A DNA stretch of 57,737 bases from Bacteroidales bacterium (GCA_036796175.1 DAIRDK010000001.1:1-57737), one strand, 5' to 3'; counted from the stretch's first letter, positions 26,616 through 35,478 are shown. Made by a program: numbers and translations. The notes: a model not told the origin generated them from the letters alone.

Positions 26616-27335
26616 ATGAGAACAGAATCGCTGATGACTGAATCATCAAATGGCACCAGACGATCTTTTTTAAAACATCTCCTGATCGCAGGGGCCATAA
26701 CCGGGGTTGCAGGCCTGGATTTTTTAGCATCCTGTGCCGTGGATGAGGAAGCAGAGGTCACGCCGGCTGAGGACCTGATGCGTGAACATGGCGTGCTCAA
26801 CCGGATCCTGCTGGTCTATGATCATTGCAAGGCCTTGCTTTCGGCCGGTCAGCCGTTTGACCGGTTAGTTCTCAGCGATTCCGCGACGATTATCCGGTCC
26901 TTTATTGAGGACTATCACGAAAAACTGGAGGAGGATTACCTGTTCCCCAGGTTTGAAGAAGCGAACCGCCTGACCGCATTGGTCAAGGTCCTGCGGAACC
27001 AGCACAAGGTGGGCAGAGTCATCACGGAACGGCTTCTGGATGAAGCAAGGAAGGGCTACGGGACAGATCAGGGATCAAACGCACGTCTTGCCGCCCTTCT
27101 TGATTCTTTCGTCACGATGTACAGGCCCCATGAGGCGAGAGAGGATACCGTCCTGTTCCCGGAACTTGCCAGGATCCTTTCGAGGCACGAATATTATGCC
27201 TTGGGTGAGGATTTCGAAAAAAGGGAGCATGCACTTTTCGGGACGGAAGGGTTTGAGGGAATTGTGGTTCAAGTGGCCGCTATTGAAGACCGGCTCGGGA
27301 TCGGCAACCTGGCGGATTTCACGCCCAGGATTTAA
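26616..27335 (+). CDS. hemerythrin-like domain protein with a twin-arginine (Tat) signal
   Basis: Tat signal SNGTRRSFLKHLLIAGAITGVAG. Hemerythrin-type His/Glu pattern (LMREHGVL, EDYHEKLEE, HEAREDTVLFPEL). Confidence 0.7.
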   Translation: MRTESLMTESSNGTRRSFLKHLLIAGAITGVAGLDFLASCAVDEEAEVTPAEDLMREHGVLNRILLVYDHCKALLSAGQPFDRLVLSDSATIIRSFIEDYHEKLEEDYLFPRFEEANRLTALVKVLRNQHKVGRVITERLLDEARKGYGTDQGSNARLAALLDSFVTMYRPHEAREDTVLFPELARILSRHEYYALGEDFEKREHALFGTEGFEGIVVQVAAIEDRLGIGNLADFTPRI

Positions 27336-27393
27336 CCGGTGAACCGCCTGACCGGAAGAAAGTAAACGTCAACAAACAAGACTAACAACGATC

Positions 27394-29037
27394 ATGATCC
27401 GTAAATATAGTAATGTTTTCATGCTGCTCCTCATCACCTGGAGTTGTGCGATGAAGGATCCGGAGCAGCCATTGATCCCACTATATGATAACCTGTCGAA
27501 ATATCACCGGGAGATCACGACGAAGTCGAAGGAGGCCCAGCGCTATTTCGACCAGGGGCTGACCCTTTACTACGGGTTTAACCATGAGGCTGCCATCCTG
27601 TCGTTCCGGCAAGCCATTGCGCTCGATTCCAATTGCGCCATGGCCTGGTGGGGACAAGCGATCTCAGCCGGGCCGAACATCAACAACCCGACCATGGACA
27701 GCGCGGCCAAAGCAGCTGCATGGGAAACGATACTCCAGGCCCAAAGGCACATGGCAGAGGCTTCCCCGCTTGAGCAAAGACTGATACAGGCCCTGGCCAG
27801 ACGTTATACGTGGCCGGCACCCGAAGATCGCAAGCCGCTGGATTCGGCTTACGCCGCGGCGATGCGGGCCGTTTACCGCACTTACCCGGAGGATCCGGAC
27901 GTGGGAACACTCTTTGCCGATGCATTGCTGAACCTTCGGCCATGGGACTACTGGAAACCTGACGGCACACCGCAACCGGGAACTAATGAACTCGTTTCGG
28001 TCCTTGAACATGTTCGTTCCATTCAACCGGACCACCCCGGAGCCTGTCACTTCTATATTCACACGATGGAGGCCTCTTCAACTCCCGAAAAGGCATTACC
28101 AGCGGCCGATCTGCTCCGGAACCGGGTACCCGGGGCGGGGCACCTTGTTCATATGCCCTCCCATATCGATATCCGATTGGGACATTACAAAGATGCAATT
28201 CTCGCCAACCAAAAAGCCATCCTTGCCGACAGCGTCTGGGTAAAAAGCGGCGGTTTCTATACGATCTACCGCGCGCACAATTACCATTTCCTGGCCTATG
28301 CAGCCATGTTTGCCGGGCAAAAGGAGACCGCCATCCAGGCGGCCAATTCGATGATCGACCAGATCCCCGGGGAACTGGTCAGCATGCTGCCCGATTTTCT
28401 GGACGGCTTTATGGCTATTCCGGTGCATGTCATGGTCCGTTTCGGCATGTGGGATGAGATCCTCGCGCTGCCTGAGCCACCCGAAGTGGAAGCCCTGACC
28501 AGGGCCTTCAGGCATTACGGACGGGTGGTATCCTATTCCGCAATGGGCCGGATCAAAGAAGCATCCGAAGAATACGACCGGCTGCTCAGGGCGTACGATC
28601 AGGTCCCGGATTCAAGGCTTATGGGAAACAACCCGGGAAAAACTGTCCTTCGGATCGGGCTCCATATGGCCGATGGCGAACTGGAGTACCGGAAAGGGAA
28701 TTACAACAAGGCATTCGCCCTTCTGCGAATGGCTGTCCAGGAGGATGATTCATTGCGTTACGACGAGCCCTGGGGATGGATGATGCCTGTGCGTCATTCG
28801 TTGGGAGCCTTGCTGGTTGAACAGGGCAGATATACTGAGGCGGAACAGGTATATAAGCGGGACCTTGAGATCCACCCGGGCAATGGTTGGTCGCTGAAAG
28901 GGCTGGCCACCTGCTACCACCATACAGGACGGCATGCCGAGGCGATGAAGACCGAGGAGCTGTTCAACAAAGCCTGGAGCGGTTCGGACATCGCCTTGCG
29001 CACTTCCTGTTTCTGCAGCAAGGGCGAAGCCATGTGA
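27394..29037 (+). CDS. secreted TPR-like conserved hypothetical protein
   Basis: 547 aa with a signal or possible lipoprotein N-terminus (LLLITWSC). It is helical-repeat rich (YYGFNHEAAILSFRQAIALDSNCAMAWWG). Confidence 0.6.
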   Translation: MIRKYSNVFMLLLITWSCAMKDPEQPLIPLYDNLSKYHREITTKSKEAQRYFDQGLTLYYGFNHEAAILSFRQAIALDSNCAMAWWGQAISAGPNINNPTMDSAAKAAAWETILQAQRHMAEASPLEQRLIQALARRYTWPAPEDRKPLDSAYAAAMRAVYRTYPEDPDVGTLFADALLNLRPWDYWKPDGTPQPGTNELVSVLEHVRSIQPDHPGACHFYIHTMEASSTPEKALPAADLLRNRVPGAGHLVHMPSHIDIRLGHYKDAILANQKAILADSVWVKSGGFYTIYRAHNYHFLAYAAMFAGQKETAIQAANSMIDQIPGELVSMLPDFLDGFMAIPVHVMVRFGMWDEILALPEPPEVEALTRAFRHYGRVVSYSAMGRIKEASEEYDRLLRAYDQVPDSRLMGNNPGKTVLRIGLHMADGELEYRKGNYNKAFALLRMAVQEDDSLRYDEPWGWMMPVRHSLGALLVEQGRYTEAEQVYKRDLEIHPGNGWSLKGLATCYHHTGRHAEAMKTEELFNKAWSGSDIALRTSCFCSKGEAM

Positions 29038-29048
29038 ACCCCGGAGTC

Positions 29049-30461
29049 CTATTGGTTAATGAATCTGGGGTTGATGAGGTTTTCAACCGAATAGATCTCG
29101 TCCCATTTCTCCTTTGTGATGAGTTTCCGTTCCTCCACCACAATGTCGCGGATGCTTTTCCCTGTTTGCAGGGCTTCTTTGGCAATGCTGGCTGAAACCT
29201 CGTATCCCAGGATGGGATTGAGCTGGGTCACGATGCCGATGCTGTTCATAACCAGATCCCTGGCATGTCCTGCATTGGCGGTGATCCCGTCCACGCATTT
29301 CTCCCTTAGCATGATACAGGCCTTGGCGAGGAACAGCAGGGATGTGAAGAGGCTGAATCCGATCACCGGCTCCATCACGTTCAGTTGGAGTTGGCCGGCC
29401 TCTGCTGCGAGGGATACGGTCAGGTCGGCGCCGATCACGTAGAAACAGGTTTGGTTCATGGCTTCCGGGATGACCGGATTTACTTTCCCCGGCATAATGG
29501 ATGAACCGGGTTGCATCGGAGGCAGGTTGATCTCGTTAAGTCCGCAGCGCGGGCCGGAACTGAGCAGGCGGAGGTCGTTGCAGATCTTGCTCAGCTTGAC
29601 CGCACACCGCTTGAGGGTTCCGCTAAGTTGTACAAACGCACCCGTGTCGCAGGTCGCTTCCACCAGGTCAGCGGCCAGCGTCACCGGGATTCCGCTGATC
29701 TGTTTCAGGTACTCCGTGCACTTTTCCGCGTACCTTTCGGGGGCGTTCACCCCGGTTCCGATCGCCGTGGCGCCCATGTTGGTCTCGCTGATCAGGCAGC
29801 GGGCCTCTTTAACCTGCGCCAGGTCATCGCCGATGGTTGTAGCAAAAGCATGAAACTCACGGCCGAGTGTCATGGGCACCGCATCCTGCAACTGCGTCCG
29901 TCCCATTTTGATCAGGTCTTTGAATTCATCACCTTTCCTGGCGAACGACCTTTGTAACTGCTCCATGGATTCCACCAGGTCGCCGATGGACATGTAGAGG
30001 GCAAGCCGCAGTGCGGTCGGGTAGGCATCGTTGGTCGACTGGCTGCAATTGACGTGATTGTTGGGATGCAGGTGCTCATATTCGCCTTTTCGATGCCCCA
30101 TCTGTTCCAGGCCGATATTGGCAATGACCTCATTGGCGTTCATGTTGCACGAAGTTCCGGCTCCGCCCTGGATCAGGTCGGTCACGAACTGGTCGTTGAA
30201 TTCGCCGGCGATCAGCCGGTCGGCTGCATAGCAGATGGCGTCGGTCTTTTCGCGGTCCAATACGCCGCAGTCGAAGTTGGCCAACGCGGCCGCCTTCTTC
30301 ACGTAGCCGAATGCCTTGATCAGCCTCGGCGCCCGGGAAGCCGGGAGGCCGGTGATATCGAAATTCTCTTTTGCACGCAGGGTCTGGATGCCGTAGTAGA
30401 CATCGTCAGGGATCTCACGTTCACCAAGGAAATCATGCTCTGTTCTGAACTTGTTTGCCAT
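29049..30461 (-). CDS. aspA: aspartate ammonia-lyase
   Basis: Start taken at MANKFRTEHDFLGE. The fumarase/aspartase signature GSSIMPGKVNP is present. Confidence 0.95.
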   Translation of the reverse strand: MANKFRTEHDFLGEREIPDDVYYGIQTLRAKENFDITGLPASRAPRLIKAFGYVKKAAALANFDCGVLDREKTDAICYAADRLIAGEFNDQFVTDLIQGGAGTSCNMNANEVIANIGLEQMGHRKGEYEHLHPNNHVNCSQSTNDAYPTALRLALYMSIGDLVESMEQLQRSFARKGDEFKDLIKMGRTQLQDAVPMTLGREFHAFATTIGDDLAQVKEARCLISETNMGATAIGTGVNAPERYAEKCTEYLKQISGIPVTLAADLVEATCDTGAFVQLSGTLKRCAVKLSKICNDLRLLSSGPRCGLNEINLPPMQPGSSIMPGKVNPVIPEAMNQTCFYVIGADLTVSLAAEAGQLQLNVMEPVIGFSLFTSLLFLAKACIMLREKCVDGITANAGHARDLVMNSIGIVTQLNPILGYEVSASIAKEALQTGKSIRDIVVEERKLITKEKWDEIYSVENLINPRFINQ

Positions 30462-30594
30462 TGTACAACCTCCTATTGATAAACAAATGTAACCATTAAC
30501 CGTCATGAAAGATCCTCGAAAAAATTTTTCAATTTTTCTTTTATTTAGTCTGTTTCTATATTATATTTGTAATTTAACTTAAACACGAACGGAT

Positions 30595-30846
30595 ATGAAC
30601 TTCAATAAAATCATCATAAGCGCTGCAGCCGGGATGGCTGCAGGTGCACTGCTGGGGGTGCTCTTCGCCCCGGCCAAGGGATCGGATACCCGGAAAAAGA
30701 TCGCTAAAACCAGTAAAGACCTGTCGGACTCGGTCGCGGAGAAGTACCATGATATTCGTGATACGATCGCAGGGCCGTTCAGGCATGCGAAGAGCAAAGT
30801 TTCCGGAAATGCAAACCCGGAATCCGCGAGGGCGGAAGCCGCGTAG
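30595..30846 (+). CDS. YtxH-domain protein
   Basis: 83 aa. AAGMAAGALLGVLFAPAKGSDTRKKI is the typical YtxH N-terminus. Confidence 0.7.
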   Translation: MNFNKIIISAAAGMAAGALLGVLFAPAKGSDTRKKIAKTSKDLSDSVAEKYHDIRDTIAGPFRHAKSKVSGNANPESARAEAA

Positions 30847-30850
30847 GGGG

Positions 30851-30954
30851 CAAATGGTCAACTGGTAAAATGGTAAAATCGTGAAATAGTTTACCGCTTA
30901 CCATTTTACCTGTTCACCATTTTACGATTTTGCCATTTGATTCGGTGCTTTGTA
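30851..30954. repeat. hairpin word-repeat element, copy A (CAAATGG...CCATTTG plus a 15-nt tail)
   Basis: The left arm is tandem GGTAAAAT/CGTGAAAT words and the right arm is complementary CACCATTT/TACGATTT words. The right 44 nt match copy C at 42/44 positions. Confidence 0.85.
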
Positions 30955-30966
30955 TCTTTCTTTCAA

Positions 30967-31524
30967 TTATTTGCTTCCGATCGAGAGTCCGCCAATATCC
31001 ATGTCATCCATATTGGCTCCTGCAAGGATAATCAATCCGATAAACACCACTCCTACCGTACATAATACGATGATCTTTGCGTTCTTTTTCATTTTCCAAT
31101 GATAGATATGGACGTTAAGGATTGAGTCCAAAGGAATATTAACGTCGGAATTCAGTTTAGTCACTTCCAACAAGAGGTTTGTCTTTACATGACATGCTTC
31201 CGCCGGATGATATTTATGCTTCAGATCCCTGAAGTTAGTATTCATCGTATCGGAGACCAGGTAAGGTTGAAAAACACTATCCAGGTTTGCAAGCTGACCC
31301 TTAAGGGTGTCTTTTTTAAATTCGGGGGATTTAAGATGATATGCGGCGTTTTTGCCATAAATGATCATGTAATAATCAGTACCAATATATGACTTAATGA
31401 CCGACGGGGTCGCTGAATAAATGTAATGTTTATAAGTACAACCGGTCAGAGGAACATACAATACGAGGAGGGCAAGGAATATTACGGATAATCTCCCGGT
31501 CCAGATTTCGAGTTTACTATTCAC
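30967..31524 (-). CDS. hypothetical lipoprotein with a C-terminal TM; low GC (about 38%)
   Basis: 185 aa. The signal ends in LTGC. There is a C-terminal hydrophobic helix. No domain recognised. Confidence 0.5.
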   Translation of the reverse strand: MNSKLEIWTGRLSVIFLALLVLYVPLTGCTYKHYIYSATPSVIKSYIGTDYYMIIYGKNAAYHLKSPEFKKDTLKGQLANLDSVFQPYLVSDTMNTNFRDLKHKYHPAEACHVKTNLLLEVTKLNSDVNIPLDSILNVHIYHWKMKKNAKIIVLCTVGVVFIGLIILAGANMDDMDIGGLSIGSK

Positions 31525-31590
31525 TCCATTGCGTTAACTATCAAAGATATGACAATAATTATCTATTGTCAAGACCAATCAAAACCAAGT

Positions 31591-31664
31591 CAAATGGTTA
31601 GCTGGTAAAATCGTAAAATCGTGAAATAGTTCACCAGCTCACCATTTTACGATTTAACCATTTG
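31591..31664. repeat. hairpin word-repeat element, copy B
   Basis: CAAATGGTTAGCTGGTAAAATCGTAAAATCGTGAAATAGTTCACCAGCTCACCATTTTACGATTTAACCATTTG. It ends 2 nt from the stop codon of four-helix-bundle gene 1. Confidence 0.85.
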
Positions 31665-31666
31665 GA

Positions 31667-32047
31667 TCACTTCCCAAGTCGGTCTTTCATTTTCTTTTTG
31701 ATCGACGAAAAGATCCGAACGAGTTCATCGGATTCAGATCTAACCCTCGATGATTCTTCGGTCGTCAAAACATGGATCCTTTGCAGGTATTCTAGCCAAT
31801 GCTGTGTCTCGTCAATTTCTTCGGTAACGATGCAGATCTTGGCATAGAATTCGGCATCCGATCTTGATCGGGCTGCAGCCCGGAAATTTGCTGCCACTGA
31901 TGAAGAACTTCGCATCATCTGCATCACCATGGAGCGATCCAGGATGGATATTCGTTTCGTCGTGAATAGGTCGCGGACAGAAGCCGCAAAATCAAGTGTT
32001 CTTTCTCTTAATTGTTGGTTAAAATTTTGCGGGGTCAGATTTTCCAT
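31667..32047 (-). CDS. four-helix-bundle protein (23S rRNA intervening-sequence protein / Avd-like family), paralog 1
   Basis: Start taken at MENLTPQNF. Family hallmark SSSSVAANFRAAARSRSDAEFYAKICIVTEEIDETQHWLEYL. GC is about 40%. Confidence 0.8.
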   Translation of the reverse strand: MENLTPQNFNQQLRERTLDFAASVRDLFTTKRISILDRSMVMQMMRSSSSVAANFRAAARSRSDAEFYAKICIVTEEIDETQHWLEYLQRIHVLTTEESSRVRSESDELVRIFSSIKKKMKDRLGK

Positions 32048-32149
32048 AAAATCGTTTACCCTTAATTGGCAAAAAGGGGAAAAGGTAATGCGGCAGGACG
32101 TCACTTTTTTTTAACTTTTTAGATTAGAGAATTTTAAATGCTCGAATCT

Positions 32150-32230
32150 CAAATGGTTAACTGGTAAAATCGTAAACTATTTCACCAGCTCACCATTTAA
32201 CGATTTCGCCATTTGATTCGGTGCTTTGTA
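32150..32230. repeat. hairpin word-repeat element, copy C (with the same 15-nt tail as copy A)
   Basis: CAAATGGTTAACTGGTAAAATCGTAAAC...CACCATTTAACGATTTCGCCATTTGATTCGGTGCTTTGTA. Its right part encodes the last ~17 codons of the adjacent minus-strand gene. Confidence 0.85.
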
Positions 32231-33271
32231 CCGCCTCCAGAACTTCCAGTACGTCAACGACGTATACGCGATGAGGCGGTTGAAGAACCGGTACCGTGAC
32301 AGAAGGTGCATAACCCGGTAACCGATCACGAACAGGAGCACGGCGACGGTCCACTTGATGAGGGTGTAACTTAGCTCAAAGGCAATGCCGGAACCTTTGA
32401 GGAACTGGTCAACCAGGCCGGAGACCTGGCTTGAAAGGAACGGATTTACAAAATAAATGATCGCCAGGAGGAGAATGAAGAAAAAGGAATGAGCGGTCTC
32501 TATGGCCCGTTTGGGGCAGGTGTTGATGCATTTCATGCAGCTCTCGCAGGTGAGCTTCCAGAACGGGCGTCCATCGGACATGACGATCGAACGCGTCGCA
32601 CACTGGTCGATGCACAGCCCGCAGTTGTCGCAATTCAGGTTCGTTATGAATGTCTTGGCGAGGATATACCTTCCGAAGAGATAATACCCCACGGCGAGCG
32701 GGAGTACCAGGATATCCAGGGGGAGCAGGATAAAGGCTTTCAAGAATACCCTCCGGCCTGACAGTACCTGTTCCGCGTATGTTCTCGTCAACGCCTGATA
32801 GTGACCGAACATCGAATCCACGACTTTCTTCTTCAATCCGGGGTGAAGGCTGATCCAGTTCGAGGGTAGATCGACGGGATACAGGGAACGTACTTTATAC
32901 CCTTTCAGCCACAGGATCAGGGCCGGCAGATAGAGAGCTATTCCGCTCAGCCCGGGCAGGTACAGTTTGGAGAGTTTCATCCCGGCGCGGGTGTTGCCGA
33001 TGAACACGTCACTGCCTTTCAGGGCATGGAACCGGATCAGGAATTTCAGCATCGAATGAGGCAGGTTGAAGCCATGTGTGGCAGAGAAGAAGCCGATCAG
33101 CGTCGGGCCGGTGAACCCTGCGACCGCTCCAGGATCGAACCGGTCCCAGGCGTAGATCTGCGTGTTCAGTCCTGCTCCGACTGCAGTTTCCGCGATCCAT
33201 TCCGAGACCCGTTTCGAGTTGCCGGTGCCGGAATAGTAGATTAAGAGAAGATTAGCGTAGGAGGTATTCAT
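32177..33271 (-). CDS. membrane-associated flavodoxin-like / 2x[4Fe-4S] ferredoxin-domain protein
   Basis: N-terminal LLIYYSGTGNSKRVSEWIA (flavodoxin-like), CDNCGLCIDQC and CESCMKCINTCP cluster motifs, and several hydrophobic helices. Confidence 0.7.
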   Translation of the reverse strand: MNTSYANLLLIYYSGTGNSKRVSEWIAETAVGAGLNTQIYAWDRFDPGAVAGFTGPTLIGFFSATHGFNLPHSMLKFLIRFHALKGSDVFIGNTRAGMKLSKLYLPGLSGIALYLPALILWLKGYKVRSLYPVDLPSNWISLHPGLKKKVVDSMFGHYQALTRTYAEQVLSGRRVFLKAFILLPLDILVLPLAVGYYLFGRYILAKTFITNLNCDNCGLCIDQCATRSIVMSDGRPFWKLTCESCMKCINTCPKRAIETAHSFFFILLLAIIYFVNPFLSSQVSGLVDQFLKGSGIAFELSYTLIKWTVAVLLFVIGYRVMHLLSRYRFFNRLIAYTSLTYWKFWRRYKAPNQMAKSLNGELVK

Positions 33272-33346
33272 TCGTGGCAAAGGTGCAGATTTTTATCTAA
33301 CGAATTGGCAAGATGATAAAATATCTTATATATTTGATTAGGTCTA

Positions 33347-34579
33347 TTGCGTGTTCATTCAACTGGTCAAACCATGCCCCAAAGGTTATTGCTGATCGCG
33401 CTGATGACAGTGATGACAACTGTTTCCGCGCAACCTCCCCGGCCGCAGGATTCCATTCAGGCGGCTAAGAAAAAATCAATCCTCCGGGATACCCTTGACC
33501 ATAAGCTGGATTTCAGCTGGTATCTCATGGATATGCACGGATTTATCCCCTGGCCAACGATTATCAGCGAGCCTGCGCTGGGTAACTTCGGGATCGGCAT
33601 GGCGCTCGTGTTCATCAGTCCGCAAGCCAGCCAGAGAGCCAAAGCCAATTACATTTTTCCCGACATAACAGGAGTAGCCGGGATGTGGACCCTTAACAAC
33701 AGCTGGGGCGCAGGGGCTCTGCGACAAGGCAGCATCATCAAGGCAGGGATGCGATACAAGATAGGATTTGCCTATGCTCCGCTTAACGTCGAATTCTACC
33801 GGACGATCAATACAGATATCACCGGGGAACGGACCATGTCGTTTTTATTCAACCTGAAAAATATCATCGCCCTTGTCGAAGCCAGCGAGAACATATGGAA
33901 GAACAAGATCTTCCTGGGATTGAACTATACCTTCGCAAGCACACTGGTGTCTTATGATTTTAAGGAACACGATACGCTGGAAAAGATCATTGAATATTTC
34001 CACCTGGATACGTTGTTTGAGTCCCGTGATATGCGCACGAACGTAGGGAACCTGGGTATTTTCGCCGAATGGGACAACCGGAATTCCACGTTCACCCCCG
34101 ACAAGGGGATCCGGTTCCGGGCCACAGGAACATTGGCAAGGAACTGGCTGGGGAGCGATGACGATTACGAGCAGGTGGAAATTTATACCAACATCTTCTT
34201 TCAGCCATTCAAACCCTGGGTATGCGGATTTAAGGCGGAATGGGATTATATGACCGACGACGCGCCCTTTTATATGTACCCATACCTGAACATGCGGGGA
34301 CTTCCTGCGGCGCAATACCAGGGGCAGCAGGCGCTGACCCTTGAGACCGAGCAGCGGTTCGACATCACGCGACGATGGAGTGTGGTCGGTTTCGTCGGGA
34401 CCGGACGAACGTTCAGCACCAGCAAGTACCTTGAGGATAAGACCTGGTACTGGGCCGGCGGCGCCGGTTTCCGGTACCTGTTAGCGCGCCTGTTCAAACT
34501 TCGGATGGGCATTGACATCGCCCGCGGCCCCGACCAATTCTCATACTACATCGTTTTCGGACACTATTGGGACCGGTAA
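33347..34579 (+). CDS. Omp85/surface-antigen-type outer-membrane beta-barrel protein without obvious POTRA repeats
   Basis: Signal peptide and alternating beta pattern. The C-terminus is GAGFRYLLARLFKLRMGIDIARGPDQFSYYIVFGHYW. Confidence 0.6.
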   Translation: MRVHSTGQTMPQRLLLIALMTVMTTVSAQPPRPQDSIQAAKKKSILRDTLDHKLDFSWYLMDMHGFIPWPTIISEPALGNFGIGMALVFISPQASQRAKANYIFPDITGVAGMWTLNNSWGAGALRQGSIIKAGMRYKIGFAYAPLNVEFYRTINTDITGERTMSFLFNLKNIIALVEASENIWKNKIFLGLNYTFASTLVSYDFKEHDTLEKIIEYFHLDTLFESRDMRTNVGNLGIFAEWDNRNSTFTPDKGIRFRATGTLARNWLGSDDDYEQVEIYTNIFFQPFKPWVCGFKAEWDYMTDDAPFYMYPYLNMRGLPAAQYQGQQALTLETEQRFDITRRWSVVGFVGTGRTFSTSKYLEDKTWYWAGGAGFRYLLARLFKLRMGIDIARGPDQFSYYIVFGHYWDR

Positions 34580-34630
34580 TATTTCCTGACCTCACCACCC
34601 TACCTGCGGCAGGCAGGCTCACCACCTTCA

Positions 34631-35320
34631 TCAATAGATGGCCGTCACCTCCGAATACCCCATCAGGTCTCCTTTTGCACTGAGGTTTTCCGATCTGACC
34701 GTTCCAACGCCTTTGGCGATCCACTGCCGGACTTTGGCGGAGGTCTTCATGCCCATCATCGAGGTCTCCACCTGGTATTCGATCTTAAAACAGTCGAAAG
34801 ATCCCGCTGGTGTAGTGATCGTCTCCGTCCCGGTAACGGTTCGGTTGATAATATTCATTACGGTTTTCATCGTCATCGTGCCCATCGTCATTGTCATTGT
34901 GACTGTCCCGTCGTTCAGCTTGTCGCCGACGGACATCGAGTTGGGGAAGTTAATGTCATTGCCTTCCAGGGTCACAGTAGCGTCTTCGGAAGAAGCTTTC
35001 ATTTCGGAAGGAAAAAGCCCCTTCATGTTGACCGATACGGTATTCCCGTCGCACGAGGCCGTATAATCCATTGTGCTGACCTCTCCCTTGGAATCGGTGC
35101 TCTCGGATCGCAATGCGTATTCCGTGACTGCCCCGTTCTGCTTGACGGATACCACGGTGGTGGTCGATTTCCCGGTGGTCTTCCCGTTCTTGGCGTAGCT
35201 GGTCATCTCGATCTTGGTTCCCTCCTTTGTAATGAAATAGGATGAGCTGCAATCCTGCGCACCAGCTGACATGGCAAGCGCAAGGATCGAAATCAAAAGG
35301 GCAAGTGATGTTGTTTTCAT
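34631..35320 (-). CDS. secreted hypothetical beta-rich protein
   Basis: Start taken at MKTTSLALLISILALAMSAGAQ. It is Thr/Ser-rich with a TMTMTMGTMTMKT low-complexity segment. No motif recognised. Confidence 0.5.
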   Translation of the reverse strand: MKTTSLALLISILALAMSAGAQDCSSSYFITKEGTKIEMTSYAKNGKTTGKSTTTVVSVKQNGAVTEYALRSESTDSKGEVSTMDYTASCDGNTVSVNMKGLFPSEMKASSEDATVTLEGNDINFPNSMSVGDKLNDGTVTMTMTMGTMTMKTVMNIINRTVTGTETITTPAGSFDCFKIEYQVETSMMGMKTSAKVRQWIAKGVGTVRSENLSAKGDLMGYSEVTAIY

Positions 35321-35387
35321 AGGAATGGTTTTATATGTAAAGATACAAATCAAAAGTCCATTCACGCTGTGCAAAAGGTGTAAAAAG

Positions 35388-35430
35388 AAATGGCAAAACG
35401 GATTTCAGATTTTACCATTTTGCCATTTTG
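35388..35430. repeat. short hairpin of the same word family (copy D)
   Basis: AAATGGCAAAACGGATTTCAGATTTTACCATTTTGCCATTTTG. Confidence 0.5.
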
Positions 35431-35478
35431 AAACAGAGAAGTTTGGTTTACTTGCTTTCCTTCACCTTTTCATGCGGA

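Noticed and set aside
34868-34905. Hexamer-like repeat (ATCGTC/ATTGTC) encoding TMTMTMGTMTMKT in the secreted hypothetical protein.
   Set aside because: It is short and in frame by nature (period 6). This is probably ordinary low-complexity coding sequence and not part of the 7/8-nt array phenomenon.
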